Source: Gemmatimonadota bacterium
GTDB taxonomy: Bacteria; Gemmatimonadota; Gemmatimonadetes; Palauibacterales; Palauibacteraceae
Direction: 5' to 3'
Length of the DNA stretch: 54,791 bases
Assembly: GCA_039588495.1 (NCBI GenBank)
Contig: JBDGZR010000005.1
Location: forward strand, 1 to 54,791
Numbering within the stretch: the stretch's first letter is position 1; each line of letters starts with the position of its first letter. Under the pieces are notes generated by a model that was given only the letters and a program-made list of their open reading frames with translations, made no database searches and had not been told where the DNA came from. Shown here piece after piece: positions 9,208 through 18,023 of this stretch. Position numbers and translations under genes: made by a program.

Positions 9208-10535
9208 CGGTCGGCCTCGCTCCCGGTGTCCTTGTCTGTAGCCCCGGTGGCTGCGTCCTCGCTTCCGGTGTCGTCGGCCCTGTCGGCATCAGCCGCAGCC
9301 AGCCCGAGCGCCCGCGCCTGCTCGACCAGGGTCTGGGCCTGCCTGACCACGGGTGGGTCGATCATCTTCGAGCCCAGGCTCACCACGCCCCGGCCTTCGG
9401 CCCGGGCCTGCTCGTAGGCAGCCACGATCTTCAGCGCCCTCTCGATCTGAGTGGCGGCCGGCCGGAACGCCTCGTGGATCACCCGGATCTGGCGGGGGTG
9501 CAAGCAGCCCATGCCCTCGTAGCCCATCCCGCGGGATCGCTCGCCCCAGCGCTTCAGGCCCTCGAGGTCGTCGACCTGGCCGTAGACGGAGTCGATGGCC
9601 TGAACGCCCGCGGCCTTGGCGGCGTTCACCAGCCGCTGACGCGCCCAGGCGGATTCGGCCCCCTCCTCCGTCTTGGGGACCCCGAGGTCGGCCGAATAGT
9701 CCTCGAGACCGATGGTGATCGCCGCGATCCGCGGGCTCGCGCCCGCGATCTCGAACGCGTTCTCAATCCCGAGGGCGCTCTCCAGAATCGGCATCAGCCA
9801 GAGCGGGCGGTCCACGGCCGCGGCCTCCGGGCCTCCAGAATCGCCCGAGCCTCCCAAGATCCCGTCGATCGCGTCGTCCACCTCTCTCACGTGTTCCACC
9901 GTCTCGACCTTCGGGATGAGGATCATGTCCGGATACTCCGGAACCACGGCGGCCAGGTCCTCGAGGCCCAGCGGAAGCTGGTTGATGCGGACCATGCGCT
10001 CCGCGCTCCCGAAGTCCACGCAGCGGAGCGCGTTTCGGACCACGAGCCGGGCAGCGGGCTTGGCATCCGGGTGCACCGAGTCTTCGAGGTCCAGGATGAT
10101 CCCATCCGGCCCGTACAACCCGGCGCTCATGAAGAACTTGGGCTCGTTGCCTGGCAGGTAGAGCCGGGAGCGGCGCATCCTCGTCTGCGGAGCCTCGGGC
10201 ATGAGGGGAGCGGTCCGAGCGGGCCGGGCATCCCCCGACGGAGCGACACCGGCGGCCAGCGCCGCGGCCTCGAGCCGGGCCTCGATGACGAAGGGCAGGG
10301 CGCCCGCATCCTCCAGCGTCACCCGCGCGTCCGTCACTCCGAGGGCGCCGAGCACCTCCTCCACCTGGGTCCGGATCGCATCGCCGTAGTAGGCCTCGAC
10401 CCGGGAGCTCAGGTCGAGCTCGATCCCGCTGCCGCTCCGCGCCTCCAGCTGCACCCAGAGGTCGGAGCGGATCGTCTCTCCGCGGCGGCCCGCCGACCCG
10501 ATCCCGGCGGCCCTGGATCCCACCGTCACGCTCAT
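9204..10535 (-). CDS. citE: Fusion of a CitD-like (ACP/gamma) domain and CitE (citryl-CoA lyase/beta)
   Basis: N-terminal SRVEAYYGDAIR..DAGALPFVIEARLEAA (CitD-like); C-terminal RRSRLYLPGN, DLEDSV, VRIN, IPKVE, ILESALG, GLEDYSADLG, CLHPRQI, KMIDPPVV. Confidence 0.9.
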   Translation of the reverse strand: MSVTVGSRAAGIGSAGRRGETIRSDLWVQLEARSGSGIELDLSSRVEAYYGDAIRTQVEEVLGALGVTDARVTLEDAGALPFVIEARLEAAALAAGVAPSGDARPARTAPLMPEAPQTRMRRSRLYLPGNEPKFFMSAGLYGPDGIILDLEDSVHPDAKPAARLVVRNALRCVDFGSAERMVRINQLPLGLEDLAAVVPEYPDMILIPKVETVEHVREVDDAIDGILGGSGDSGGPEAAAVDRPLWLMPILESALGIENAFEIAGASPRIAAITIGLEDYSADLGVPKTEEGAESAWARQRLVNAAKAAGVQAIDSVYGQVDDLEGLKRWGERSRGMGYEGMGCLHPRQIRVIHEAFRPAATQIERALKIVAAYEQARAEGRGVVSLGSKMIDPPVVRQAQTLVEQARALGLAAADADRADDTGSEDAATGATDKDTGSEADR

Positions 10536-10582
10536 CTCGTTCTCCTGTCTGTCGCCGTCAGGCGCAGCGACGTAGCCGTAGG

Positions 10583-11785
10583 TCAGACGGCCGCGGGCAC
10601 GCCGAGCTTGGCGATGATGGCGTCCGTCATCTCGTGGGTGCTGGCCGCTCCGCGCGCGATCACGTCAGGGGCTCCGACGAGCCTCATCATGTCGTAGACC
10701 CGAACCCGGCCTTCCTCCACCACGCCCGCCACGGCCTGCCGTATGCGCTTTGCGGCTTCCATCTCGCCTACATGATCGAGCATCATCGCCGCGGTCAGCA
10801 TCATGGCGATCGGGTTCACGATCGGCGGGTCGAGCTCGGCGTATTTGGGCGCAGAGCCGTGGGTCGGCTCGAAGACCGCGACGTCGTCACCGATGTTGCC
10901 CGAGGCCGCGAATCCCAGGCCCCCGACGAGTCCCGCGAAGGCGTCGGAGACGATGTCGCCGAACAGGTTTCCGGCCACGATCACTCCGTAGGCCTCGGGG
11001 TTCTTGGTCAGCCACATCATCTGGGCGTCGATGTTGGTCGACCAGAGCTGGATCTCGGGGTAATCCTCGTGGATCGCCTTCGCTTCCTCCTCCATCATCC
11101 CCGAGGTCTCCCGGAGGACGTTGGGCTTCTCGCACACGGTGACCGACTCGTACCCGTGCTTCCGGGCGTACTCGAACCCGGCGCGAAGGATGCGCCGGCA
11201 GGCCTGACGCGTGAACACGCGCGTGCTGATCGCCAGGTCCTCCGGGGAAGTATCGGCGAACTTCTCGAACTTGGGGTGGGTCGCCAGCGCCGCGAGCACG
11301 GGCTCCGGAGGGTTCGTCCACTCCAGTCCGGCGTACATGCCCTCGGTGTTCTGGCGGAAGATCACCGCGTCGACCGCCGGCTCCTCGAAACCCCCGTCCG
11401 CGGTGCGCCGGATGAAGTTGAGCGGGTTGCCCTTAAAGGAGCGGCAGGGCCGGATGCAGATGTCCAGGTTGAAGAGCTGCCGCATCGTGACGATCGGGCT
11501 GTAGTACGTGTAGCCCTTCCCCATGAGCGACGGGTCGAGCTCGGCGGCGGCCGCCGGCTTGGGCTTCGAAGTGATCGCCCCGAACAGACCCAGCTTGTGT
11601 TCCTCCAGCAACCGGACGGTGCGCTCCGGAAGCGCGTTCCCCTCGCTCTTCCAGAACTCCCACCCGATGTCGCCGTGCACGTACTCCGCATCGAAGCCCA
11701 CGGCGTCCAGCACCCGCATAGCCTCTGAGAGCACGACCCCGCCGATTCCATCTCCCGGCATCGTGACCACGGTGTATTTCGCCAT
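10583..11785 (-). CDS. Isocitrate/isopropylmalate dehydrogenase family protein, homoisocitrate-dehydrogenase-like
   Basis: [58 protein letters not shown]; ATG 11785 after GGAGA. Confidence 0.85.
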   Translation of the reverse strand: MAKYTVVTMPGDGIGGVVLSEAMRVLDAVGFDAEYVHGDIGWEFWKSEGNALPERTVRLLEEHKLGLFGAITSKPKPAAAAELDPSLMGKGYTYYSPIVTMRQLFNLDICIRPCRSFKGNPLNFIRRTADGGFEEPAVDAVIFRQNTEGMYAGLEWTNPPEPVLAALATHPKFEKFADTSPEDLAISTRVFTRQACRRILRAGFEYARKHGYESVTVCEKPNVLRETSGMMEEEAKAIHEDYPEIQLWSTNIDAQMMWLTKNPEAYGVIVAGNLFGDIVSDAFAGLVGGLGFAASGNIGDDVAVFEPTHGSAPKYAELDPPIVNPIAMMLTAAMMLDHVGEMEAAKRIRQAVAGVVEEGRVRVYDMMRLVGAPDVIARGAASTHEMTDAIIAKLGVPAAV

Positions 11786-11832
11786 CGTTTTCTCTCCGAT
11801 TCCTGTTCTACATGCGCCCAAAGGCGTCGGTA

Positions 11833-13797
11833 CTAGGCGATACCCAGCTTCTCTCTCACCTGGTTCTCCACCCCTCCCGCCACCACGAGCCCCTGGGGGA
11901 CGGTCCCGAGGGGAGGGAAGCGAAAGCTCCTCGACCGGTAGCCGATCGACCCGCTGGAGAAGTCGATCCGGAGCTGATCGCCCGGGACGATCGTCTTCTC
12001 CCCAGCCTCGATCGGGTCGGCGAGCTCCTCCTTCAGCCAGTCCACCAGCTCCGGGCACGTCACGCACGGGAAGCCGTTGTTGAACGCGTTCCGGAGGTAC
12101 GTCTGGGAGAAGCTCCCCGCCACGACCAGCGCGATGCCGGCGGCCTGAAGGGCCGTGACCGCCTGCTCCCGGCTCGAGCCGGTGCCGAAGTTCCAGCCGC
12201 CCAGGATCACGTCGCCCTTCCGGACCCGGCCAGCGAGCTCGGGGTCGTAGTTCTCGAACACGGCCCGCGCCATCCCCTCGGCCGTCATGTCGTCCCGGTA
12301 GGTGTAGTCCTTCCCGTAGATCAAGTCCGTGTTGAGGTTGTCCGGAAGAAGGAAGAGGAGCCGGCCGCTGATCCCCTCCGGAAAGCCCGGCAGGATCTCG
12401 ACCCGAACGTCCGCATCGCCGCCCCTCGCCGGATCGGCGCCGTCCAGGGCCTCGAAGCGCGGCGTGAGCCGGCGGCCGTTGATGCGCCGCGGAGCGGTGA
12501 TCCGGCCGGCCGCGGCCGACGCGGCGACGACGGCGGGGCTCGCCAGATAGCAGCGGGCGTCCCGCGAGCCCATCCGGCCCTTGAAGTTCCGGTTGGTGGC
12601 CGAGATGCCTACCTCTCCCGGCTCCAGGAGGCCGGTGCCGAGGCCGATGCACGGTCCGCAGCCGGGGGGCAGCGGTACGGCGCCGGCGTCGATCAGCGTC
12701 TGCCACGTTCCCCCCCGCTCCGCCTCCTCCTGGACCTCGCGGCTGGCGGCCGCCACATAAAGCTCTACCCCTTCGGCGACCCGCTTGCCCTCGAGGGCCG
12801 CCGCGGCAGCCGCGATGTCCTCGGCCCGCGAGTTGACGCACGAGACCAGGTAGGCCTTCTGGATCGGCATCCCCTCCGTCTCGATCTCGGCCACGCCCGT
12901 GACCACCTGCACGGTGTCCGGGCCGGCGAGCTGAGGCGTCACTTCGGAGAGATCCAGGGTGATGCAGGCGGCGTAGATGGCGTCGTCATCCGGGGCCGGC
13001 GGCTCGAGCTCCCAGCGGGCGAGGTCGTCCTCGCTCACCCGCTCGACGCCGCGGGCGCCCAGGATCTCCCGCCGAGCGGCCAGGAAGGCCAGCGACTCCG
13101 CGTCCACGGGAAACCAGCCCACTAGGGCTCCCCACTCGGTCGTCATGTTGGCGATTGCCAGCCGCTCGGCCACGGAGAGCGTCTCGACTCCCGGGCCGGC
13201 GAACTCCACGGCGGCGTTCAGCACCTCGCCCTCGTTGTAGAGTCCGCAGAGCGCCAGGATGACGTCCTTGCCCGCGGCGCCCTCGGGAAGCCTGCCCTCC
13301 AGCACCACCTGCACGGTGCGCGGGATCTGCCACCAGAAGGTGCCGGTCGCCCAGATCGCCGCCGCATCGGTGCGGACCACGGGCGTCCCGACCGCACCCA
13401 CGCCCCCGTACATGTTGGCGTGGGAGTCGGAGGCCACGACGAACGCGCCCGGCACGGCGTACTGGCCCTCGATCATCACCTGGTGGCCGATCCCCGTGCC
13501 CGCCGGGTAGAAGTCGATCCCCTGATTCCGGGCGAACGCCTCGATCGCGCCGTACTTGGCGAGGTTCTCGTCGGAGGTGTTCTGAATGTCGTGGTCCAGC
13601 GCGAACACGGGCTGGGAGGGATCGAAGACCCGGGTCGCTCCGATCGCCTTGAACTTCTTCATGACCGGCGCCGAGTTGTCGTGCGTGAGCACGTGCCTCG
13701 GCCGGATCGTCACGAAGTCGCCGGCCGTCAGCGGACGGTCCCCCGGCCCCTCGGCCATATGATTCCGGGCGACCTTCTCTACGATCGTCTGTCCCAT
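11833..13797 (-). CDS. lysF: Single-chain homoaconitate hydratase of the fungal Lys4/LysF type (aconitase family, fused swivel domain)
   Basis: THDNS, LDHDIQN, GIGHQ, ASDSH, GTPVVRTDAAAIWATG..WWQIP, ANMTTEWGAL; Fe-S ligands SCVN and CGPCIG; C-terminal NTDLIY, NFGTGSSREQA. Confidence 0.85.
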   Translation of the reverse strand: MGQTIVEKVARNHMAEGPGDRPLTAGDFVTIRPRHVLTHDNSAPVMKKFKAIGATRVFDPSQPVFALDHDIQNTSDENLAKYGAIEAFARNQGIDFYPAGTGIGHQVMIEGQYAVPGAFVVASDSHANMYGGVGAVGTPVVRTDAAAIWATGTFWWQIPRTVQVVLEGRLPEGAAGKDVILALCGLYNEGEVLNAAVEFAGPGVETLSVAERLAIANMTTEWGALVGWFPVDAESLAFLAARREILGARGVERVSEDDLARWELEPPAPDDDAIYAACITLDLSEVTPQLAGPDTVQVVTGVAEIETEGMPIQKAYLVSCVNSRAEDIAAAAAALEGKRVAEGVELYVAAASREVQEEAERGGTWQTLIDAGAVPLPPGCGPCIGLGTGLLEPGEVGISATNRNFKGRMGSRDARCYLASPAVVAASAAAGRITAPRRINGRRLTPRFEALDGADPARGGDADVRVEILPGFPEGISGRLLFLLPDNLNTDLIYGKDYTYRDDMTAEGMARAVFENYDPELAGRVRKGDVILGGWNFGTGSSREQAVTALQAAGIALVVAGSFSQTYLRNAFNNGFPCVTCPELVDWLKEELADPIEAGEKTIVPGDQLRIDFSSGSIGYRSRSFRFPPLGTVPQGLVVAGGVENQVREKLGIA

Positions 13798-13807
13798 CTC
13801 CGACTCC

Positions 13808-15196
13808 TCAGGCGTGGGCGAGGGCCGCCGCACGCGTCAGCTTCATCAGCTCCGTGATGGACTCCACGTTCTCCAGGTTCCAAACCGCTTCCTTCAGCTC
13901 CTGCTGTTCCTCGGCCGGCATGATCGGGGCGGCCAGCGCCTCGAACTTCTCTTCGATCTCCTCATCCGTCAGCGGGTTACGGGGGTCGCCCTTCGGGTAG
14001 TCGATCTGCTTCGAGAACTCGCGGCCGTCGGTGGTGCGGATGGTCACGATCACGCGCTGCAGCTCGGGGAAGAGGGCCTCGATCTCCGGGTCGGCCACCA
14101 CCTTCACCTTGTGGAGCTGGGCCCGGATCGTCGGGTCCATGATCTTCTCGTTCGTGAACTGGAGGGGCGTGACCTGACGCTCCGCGACGGCCGCTGCGAT
14201 CACGTAGGGCAGGCTGTGGTCGGCGGTCTCCTTCGTGCGCGGATCGTACTTGGTCGGGTCTGCCAGGATGTCCGCCGCCCGCGCCAGCGAACGGATATGC
14301 ACCTGCTCGATATCGTCCGGAGCGAGGTCGTTCTCCTTGATGAGGTCCAGGGTGCAGGAGATCGGAGCGTGGGTGAGCGCCTCGGTCGGAAACGCCTTCA
14401 TCCCGCACTGGGTGATGCGGAAGCCGTCGCCGAGTCCCTCCTCCAGGATCTCGAGCTCCCACTCGGGACCCATGCACTGGGCGAGCCCCTCCTTGCCGTC
14501 GATCACGTGCTCTGGGCCGCTGTAGCCCCTCTCGGCCAGGAGGGCGGCCAGGACGCCGCTCTGCGTGGCCATCGGATCCACGGTGTTCTTCATCATCGTG
14601 AGCTTCCCGGCCGTCACCGCCCCGAGCGTGGCCATGCGGGAGCCCGAGATCCCGATCGCGTGCTGCATCTGCTCGGGATCCAGGTCCAGCATCCGGGCCG
14701 CGACGATCGGCGACACGAAGGCGGTGAAGGTCGCGTGGTGCCAGCCGCGCTCGCGGATGCCCGGGAAGGCGGCTTCGCAGAGCCGCATCTCGAACTCGTG
14801 TCCGAGGACGATGCCGAGGATCAGGTCCCGGCCCGCCTTGCCGGCCCGCTCCCCGCACGCCATGGCGGCGGGAATGATGTCCGACGGGTGCGATGGGTCC
14901 TGCTTCCAATAGATGTCGTTGTAGTCCATGACGCGGACCATCAGGGCGTTGAGCAGCGAGGCGGAGATCGGATCCAGCCGCTGCCCCGTTCCGATGACGG
15001 TGGCTGGCCCCGTGCCGGCATGCTCCTCGAGCACCTCGAGGGCGATCTTCACATCGTGCTGCTGGAAGCCGCCGAGCGCGCAGCCGAGGGAGTCGAGCAG
15101 ATAGCGCTTCGCCTCTCGAACGGCCGCGTCGCTCAGGTCCTCGTAGGTCAGGTCGCAGGCCCAGCGCGAGATGCGGGCCGTGATCGTGTCGCTCAC
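13808..15196 (-). CDS. prpD: MmgE/PrpD family dehydratase (2-methylcitrate dehydratase-like)
   Basis: LLDSLGCALGG, DYND, SHPSD, RGWHH, ETADHSLPY, PKGDPRNPL. Confidence 0.85.
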   Translation of the reverse strand: MSDTITARISRWACDLTYEDLSDAAVREAKRYLLDSLGCALGGFQQHDVKIALEVLEEHAGTGPATVIGTGQRLDPISASLLNALMVRVMDYNDIYWKQDPSHPSDIIPAAMACGERAGKAGRDLILGIVLGHEFEMRLCEAAFPGIRERGWHHATFTAFVSPIVAARMLDLDPEQMQHAIGISGSRMATLGAVTAGKLTMMKNTVDPMATQSGVLAALLAERGYSGPEHVIDGKEGLAQCMGPEWELEILEEGLGDGFRITQCGMKAFPTEALTHAPISCTLDLIKENDLAPDDIEQVHIRSLARAADILADPTKYDPRTKETADHSLPYVIAAAVAERQVTPLQFTNEKIMDPTIRAQLHKVKVVADPEIEALFPELQRVIVTIRTTDGREFSKQIDYPKGDPRNPLTDEEIEEKFEALAAPIMPAEEQQELKEAVWNLENVESITELMKLTRAAALAHA

Positions 15197-15215
15197 CGCT
15201 CAGTCCTTTCAGTCA

Positions 15216-15779
15216 CTACAGGTTCTTGAAGGGCTCGAAGCTCATAAAGTCGGCGTGATGGACGATGAAGGCCTCGGTGCTTCGCTTGACGAGGTCACCC
15301 TCGGCCGCGTGCGTGGCGATAATGTGGCAGACCTCATCGGGTACGCCGCACGCCATCGCCAGGTGGACTCCCGTGAACGGATGCCGAAGCGCTTTGCCGC
15401 GCTCGCTCTGCACCGCCTCGCCGCCGACCCGTTCGTACTCGAGGAGCTTGCCGACATCGGCGAGGATGGCCCCGGCGATGACGACGTCCATGTCGATCGG
15501 GAGCGCGCGTCCCAGGAACTCCTGCATCGCCTCGGCGGAGCGCCGAGCTATGTGCACGACGCAGCGTTTGTGCTCCATGAAGGTCGCCGGGCAGTCGGGA
15601 ACCAGGAGCGTGAAGGGGATCTCCTCCAGGTCGTCGGGCTCGAGCGGGCTGGCCTCGAACGCCCGGATCCACGTCAGCAGAGTGCTGTCGCGAAGAGCGG
15701 GGTCCTGAATCCATTCCAGCTCCGGCCACAGCCGCTCGACGGACTCGCGAACGGGCGAGGCTTCAACGGCATCAGGCAT
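15216..15779 (-). CDS. HD/HDIG-fold protein with altered motif (ILADVGK)
   Basis: EHKR, GAILADVGKLLEY, LRHPFTG, HIIATH, VHHADF; GGGAGA RBS before ATG 15779. Confidence 0.8.
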   Translation of the reverse strand: MPDAVEASPVRESVERLWPELEWIQDPALRDSTLLTWIRAFEASPLEPDDLEEIPFTLLVPDCPATFMEHKRCVVHIARRSAEAMQEFLGRALPIDMDVVIAGAILADVGKLLEYERVGGEAVQSERGKALRHPFTGVHLAMACGVPDEVCHIIATHAAEGDLVKRSTEAFIVHHADFMSFEPFKNL

Positions 15780-16056
15780 GGGGGTCTCCCGCGGTATGGG
15801 TCGGTCTTGGACTGGCGTCACCTGTCGGCACGTCGGCGGTAGGGGCGGGGTCGCCGAGCCGGAAACGGTCGAGATTCACCTGCTGCGCGCTCTGGAAAGC
15901 GCGGCCCATGTGAACGCTAATCAGGTCGTGCGGGGTCGCAAGTCGGGAAAGAGCCCACCGGTCCTGTCGGGAAAAGCCGTCAGCCTAACCGGCTTGCTCA
16001 CCGGCGGTTGGGCCACGCTGGTGCAGGGAGTAGGCCCCACCGCTCTCGGGGGGTCG

Positions 16057-16091
16057 AAGACGAAACGGGACGGCCCCGAAGGACCGCCCCG
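16057..16091 (-). terminator. Intrinsic terminator-like hairpin (UUCG loop) in the leader of the tricarboxylate operon
   Basis: Minus strand CGGGGCGGUCC-UUCG-GGGCCGUCCCG-UUUCGUCUU, an 11-bp stem with two G-U pairs. Confidence 0.7.
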
Positions 16092-16275
16092 ATCGGGTCC
16101 CGATGCAGCATTGCACGATGCAGGCTCTTCTCGAAGTCCGCTACGACAACGGCAAGGGTTCCCTAATTGCGATGTCGCCGGCGTTTCCGACCTTACCGCC
16201 TGCTGTTCAGCCGGGGGGCGCGGACCTATTAATGGGGCTCGCGAAATCGAAGACCGCAGAGGAAGAGAGGCACGG

Positions 16276-17415
16276 GTGAGACGCTGGCAACTTCAGCCGA
16301 GGGCGGCGGCTCTGGGGGGCGCGCTGATCCTGTGCATGGCCCTTGGCGCGGCGGCGCAGGAAACGGCCCCGGGCTGCGCCGATTGCGCCGAGGTCCTGAT
16401 CGCCGAGGTGGGCCTGCGCGAGGCGCCGGCGCCGGTGCGCGAGCGACCCGGCTGGACCGCTCCCCGCAAGATCGTGGTGCGCGGAGACGACGAGCTCGTC
16501 CGCTCGCTGCAGGGCGTCGCTCCGGGCGTCGAGCTGGTTGCAGCGACGAGCCACGAGGCCGCCGTCCGCGCGGCCCCCGGGGCCGATGCCGTGATCGGCT
16601 ACTGCAGCGCCGAGATCCTGGAGGCGGGCGAGCGGCTGGAGTGGATCCAGATCCTCTCGGCCGGTGCGGAACGGTGCGTGGGCGTCCCGGCGGTCCGCGA
16701 CCGAGGCCTCCTCATCACCAACGCCCAGCGGATCTACGGCCCCGAGATCGCGGAGCACGTGATCGCCATGCTCTACGCGTTCTCGCGCGGCCTCTACCGG
16801 TACATCCCGGAGCAACTGGAGGGCCGCTGGAACCGGAACGCCGTGCCGCGGGATCGGATGTGGGAGCTGGACGGAAGGACGATGTTTGTCGTCGGATTGG
16901 GCGGGATCGGGACCGAGGTGGCCCGTCGCGCGCACGCGCTCGGCATGCGAGTGGTCGCGACGCGGCGTAGCAGCCGCAGCGGCCCCGAATTCGTAGACTA
17001 TGTCGGCCTGGCCGACGAGTTCGGCGAGCTGGCGGCGGAGGCGGATGTGATCGTGAACGCCACTCCCCTCACGCCCGAGACGACCGGGATGTTCGATGCC
17101 GCCTTCTTCTCGCGCATGAAGCCCACCGCGTACTTCATCAACATCGGACGGGGACGCAGCGTCGTGACGGATGATCTCGTGGCTGCGCTCGAGGCGGGGG
17201 AGCTGGCCGGTGCCGGGCTCGACGTCACCGATCCGGAACCGCTGCCCCAGGGCCACCCGCTCTGGGAGCTTCCGAACGTGATCATCACGCCGCACATAGC
17301 GGGCTCGTCCGTCGAGGCGGTCGAGCGTCAGCGGACCCTGGTCAGGGAGAACATCCGCCGTTACGTGGCCGGCGAGCGGATGCTGTCGGTCGTGGACGTC
17401 GGCCGGGGGTATTGA
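16276..17415 (+). CDS. D-2-hydroxyacid dehydrogenase family protein with N-terminal signal-like extension
   Basis: VVGLGGIG Rossmann motif, INIGRG, LDVTDPEPLP, TPHIAG; GTG 16276 after AGAGG. Confidence 0.85.
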   Translation: MRRWQLQPRAAALGGALILCMALGAAAQETAPGCADCAEVLIAEVGLREAPAPVRERPGWTAPRKIVVRGDDELVRSLQGVAPGVELVAATSHEAAVRAAPGADAVIGYCSAEILEAGERLEWIQILSAGAERCVGVPAVRDRGLLITNAQRIYGPEIAEHVIAMLYAFSRGLYRYIPEQLEGRWNRNAVPRDRMWELDGRTMFVVGLGGIGTEVARRAHALGMRVVATRRSSRSGPEFVDYVGLADEFGELAAEADVIVNATPLTPETTGMFDAAFFSRMKPTAYFINIGRGRSVVTDDLVAALEAGELAGAGLDVTDPEPLPQGHPLWELPNVIITPHIAGSSVEAVERQRTLVRENIRRYVAGERMLSVVDVGRGY

Positions 17416-17422
17416 ACTACGC

Positions 17423-17491
17423 GTTACAGCGGATGGGCTTTGGCGGATACTGGCGGGTAATGGGAGTTACAGCGGATGGGCTTTAGCGGAT
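17423..17491. repeat. 26-bp direct repeat pair GTTACAGCGGATGGGCTTT(G/A)GCGGAT, period 43
   Basis: Copies at 17423-17448 and 17466-17491 with one mismatch. Confidence 0.9.
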
Positions 17492-17512
17492 GACAGACAA
17501 CAGGGAGCAAGC

Positions 17513-17788
17513 GTGACATTTCATGAAGCGATGCGCCGGCTGGTAGCGAGCGCCATCTCGATTCGGGACGTCGCCAGCGAGACCGGCGTGGACGCTCAGG
17601 CGATCCGGGGCTCGGGGCTCGACCCGTCGAGCGCCTCCTACCGGGCGCCGCCTCCGAACTGGCGAGAGGCGTGCATCAGCCTCGCGCAGAAGCGGGTCGA
17701 GGCGCTGCACGAGCTGGTCGAGGAGTTGGAAACCGATCTCCGCACTCTCCCCATGGAGCAGCTGCCGAGCCCGGAATCTCTGGCTTAG
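17513..17788 (+). CDS. Small HTH-like hypothetical protein
   Basis: AGGGAG RBS plus GTG; SIRDVASETGVDAQAIR resembles an HTH; C-terminal helical segment. Confidence 0.7.
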   Translation: MTFHEAMRRLVASAISIRDVASETGVDAQAIRGSGLDPSSASYRAPPPNWREACISLAQKRVEALHELVEELETDLRTLPMEQLPSPESLA

Positions 17789-17791
17789 CCT

Positions 17792-18001
17792 CTAGGTCCA
17801 CTTCCGCGTGAGGGCTCGACGCTTCGCTCGCGCCCTTCTGCGCTCGGCCGCTACGGCCTTTCGTCGCTTGGCGATACTCGGCTTCTCGTAAAAGCGCTGC
17901 CTCTTCATGTCCTTGAATAGGCCCGAGCGGATCATCTTCCGGCGAAACTGCTTGAGCGCCCAGTCGAGCTTGTCGTCTTCCTTCAGCGTTACCAGAACCA
18001 T
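17792..18001 (-). CDS. rpsU: 30S ribosomal protein bS21
   Basis: ALKQFRRK..G..KDMKRQRFYEKPS..RRK with basic tail. Confidence 0.9.
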   Translation of the reverse strand: MVLVTLKEDDKLDWALKQFRRKMIRSGLFKDMKRQRFYEKPSIAKRRKAVAAERRRARAKRRALTRKWT

Positions 18002-18023
18002 TCCTCTGCCTCGCAGAATCCAC

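Noticed and set aside
9204-9290. DTGSE repeat at the CitE C-terminus
   Set aside because: Short low-complexity tail with no evidence of function
10583-12841. 752-aa ORF suggesting an N-terminally extended dehydrogenase
   Set aside because: The extension overlaps homoaconitase in another frame; the family N-terminus and RBS are at 11785
15850-16010. CCGTCAGCCTAACC resembles the 3' end of the c-di-AMP (ydaO) riboswitch
   Set aside because: The GGGGAACC and GGGUGAAUC cores are not found; cmscan would settle it
16155-16170. Minus-strand AATTAGGGAACCC resembles a cobalamin riboswitch core
   Set aside because: The following GGUG..AAUCC and CCCGCAACUGU elements are absent
17423-17491. Repeat-spacer-repeat as a mini CRISPR
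   Set aside because: Only two copies, a 17-bp spacer, a non-palindromic repeat and no cas genes
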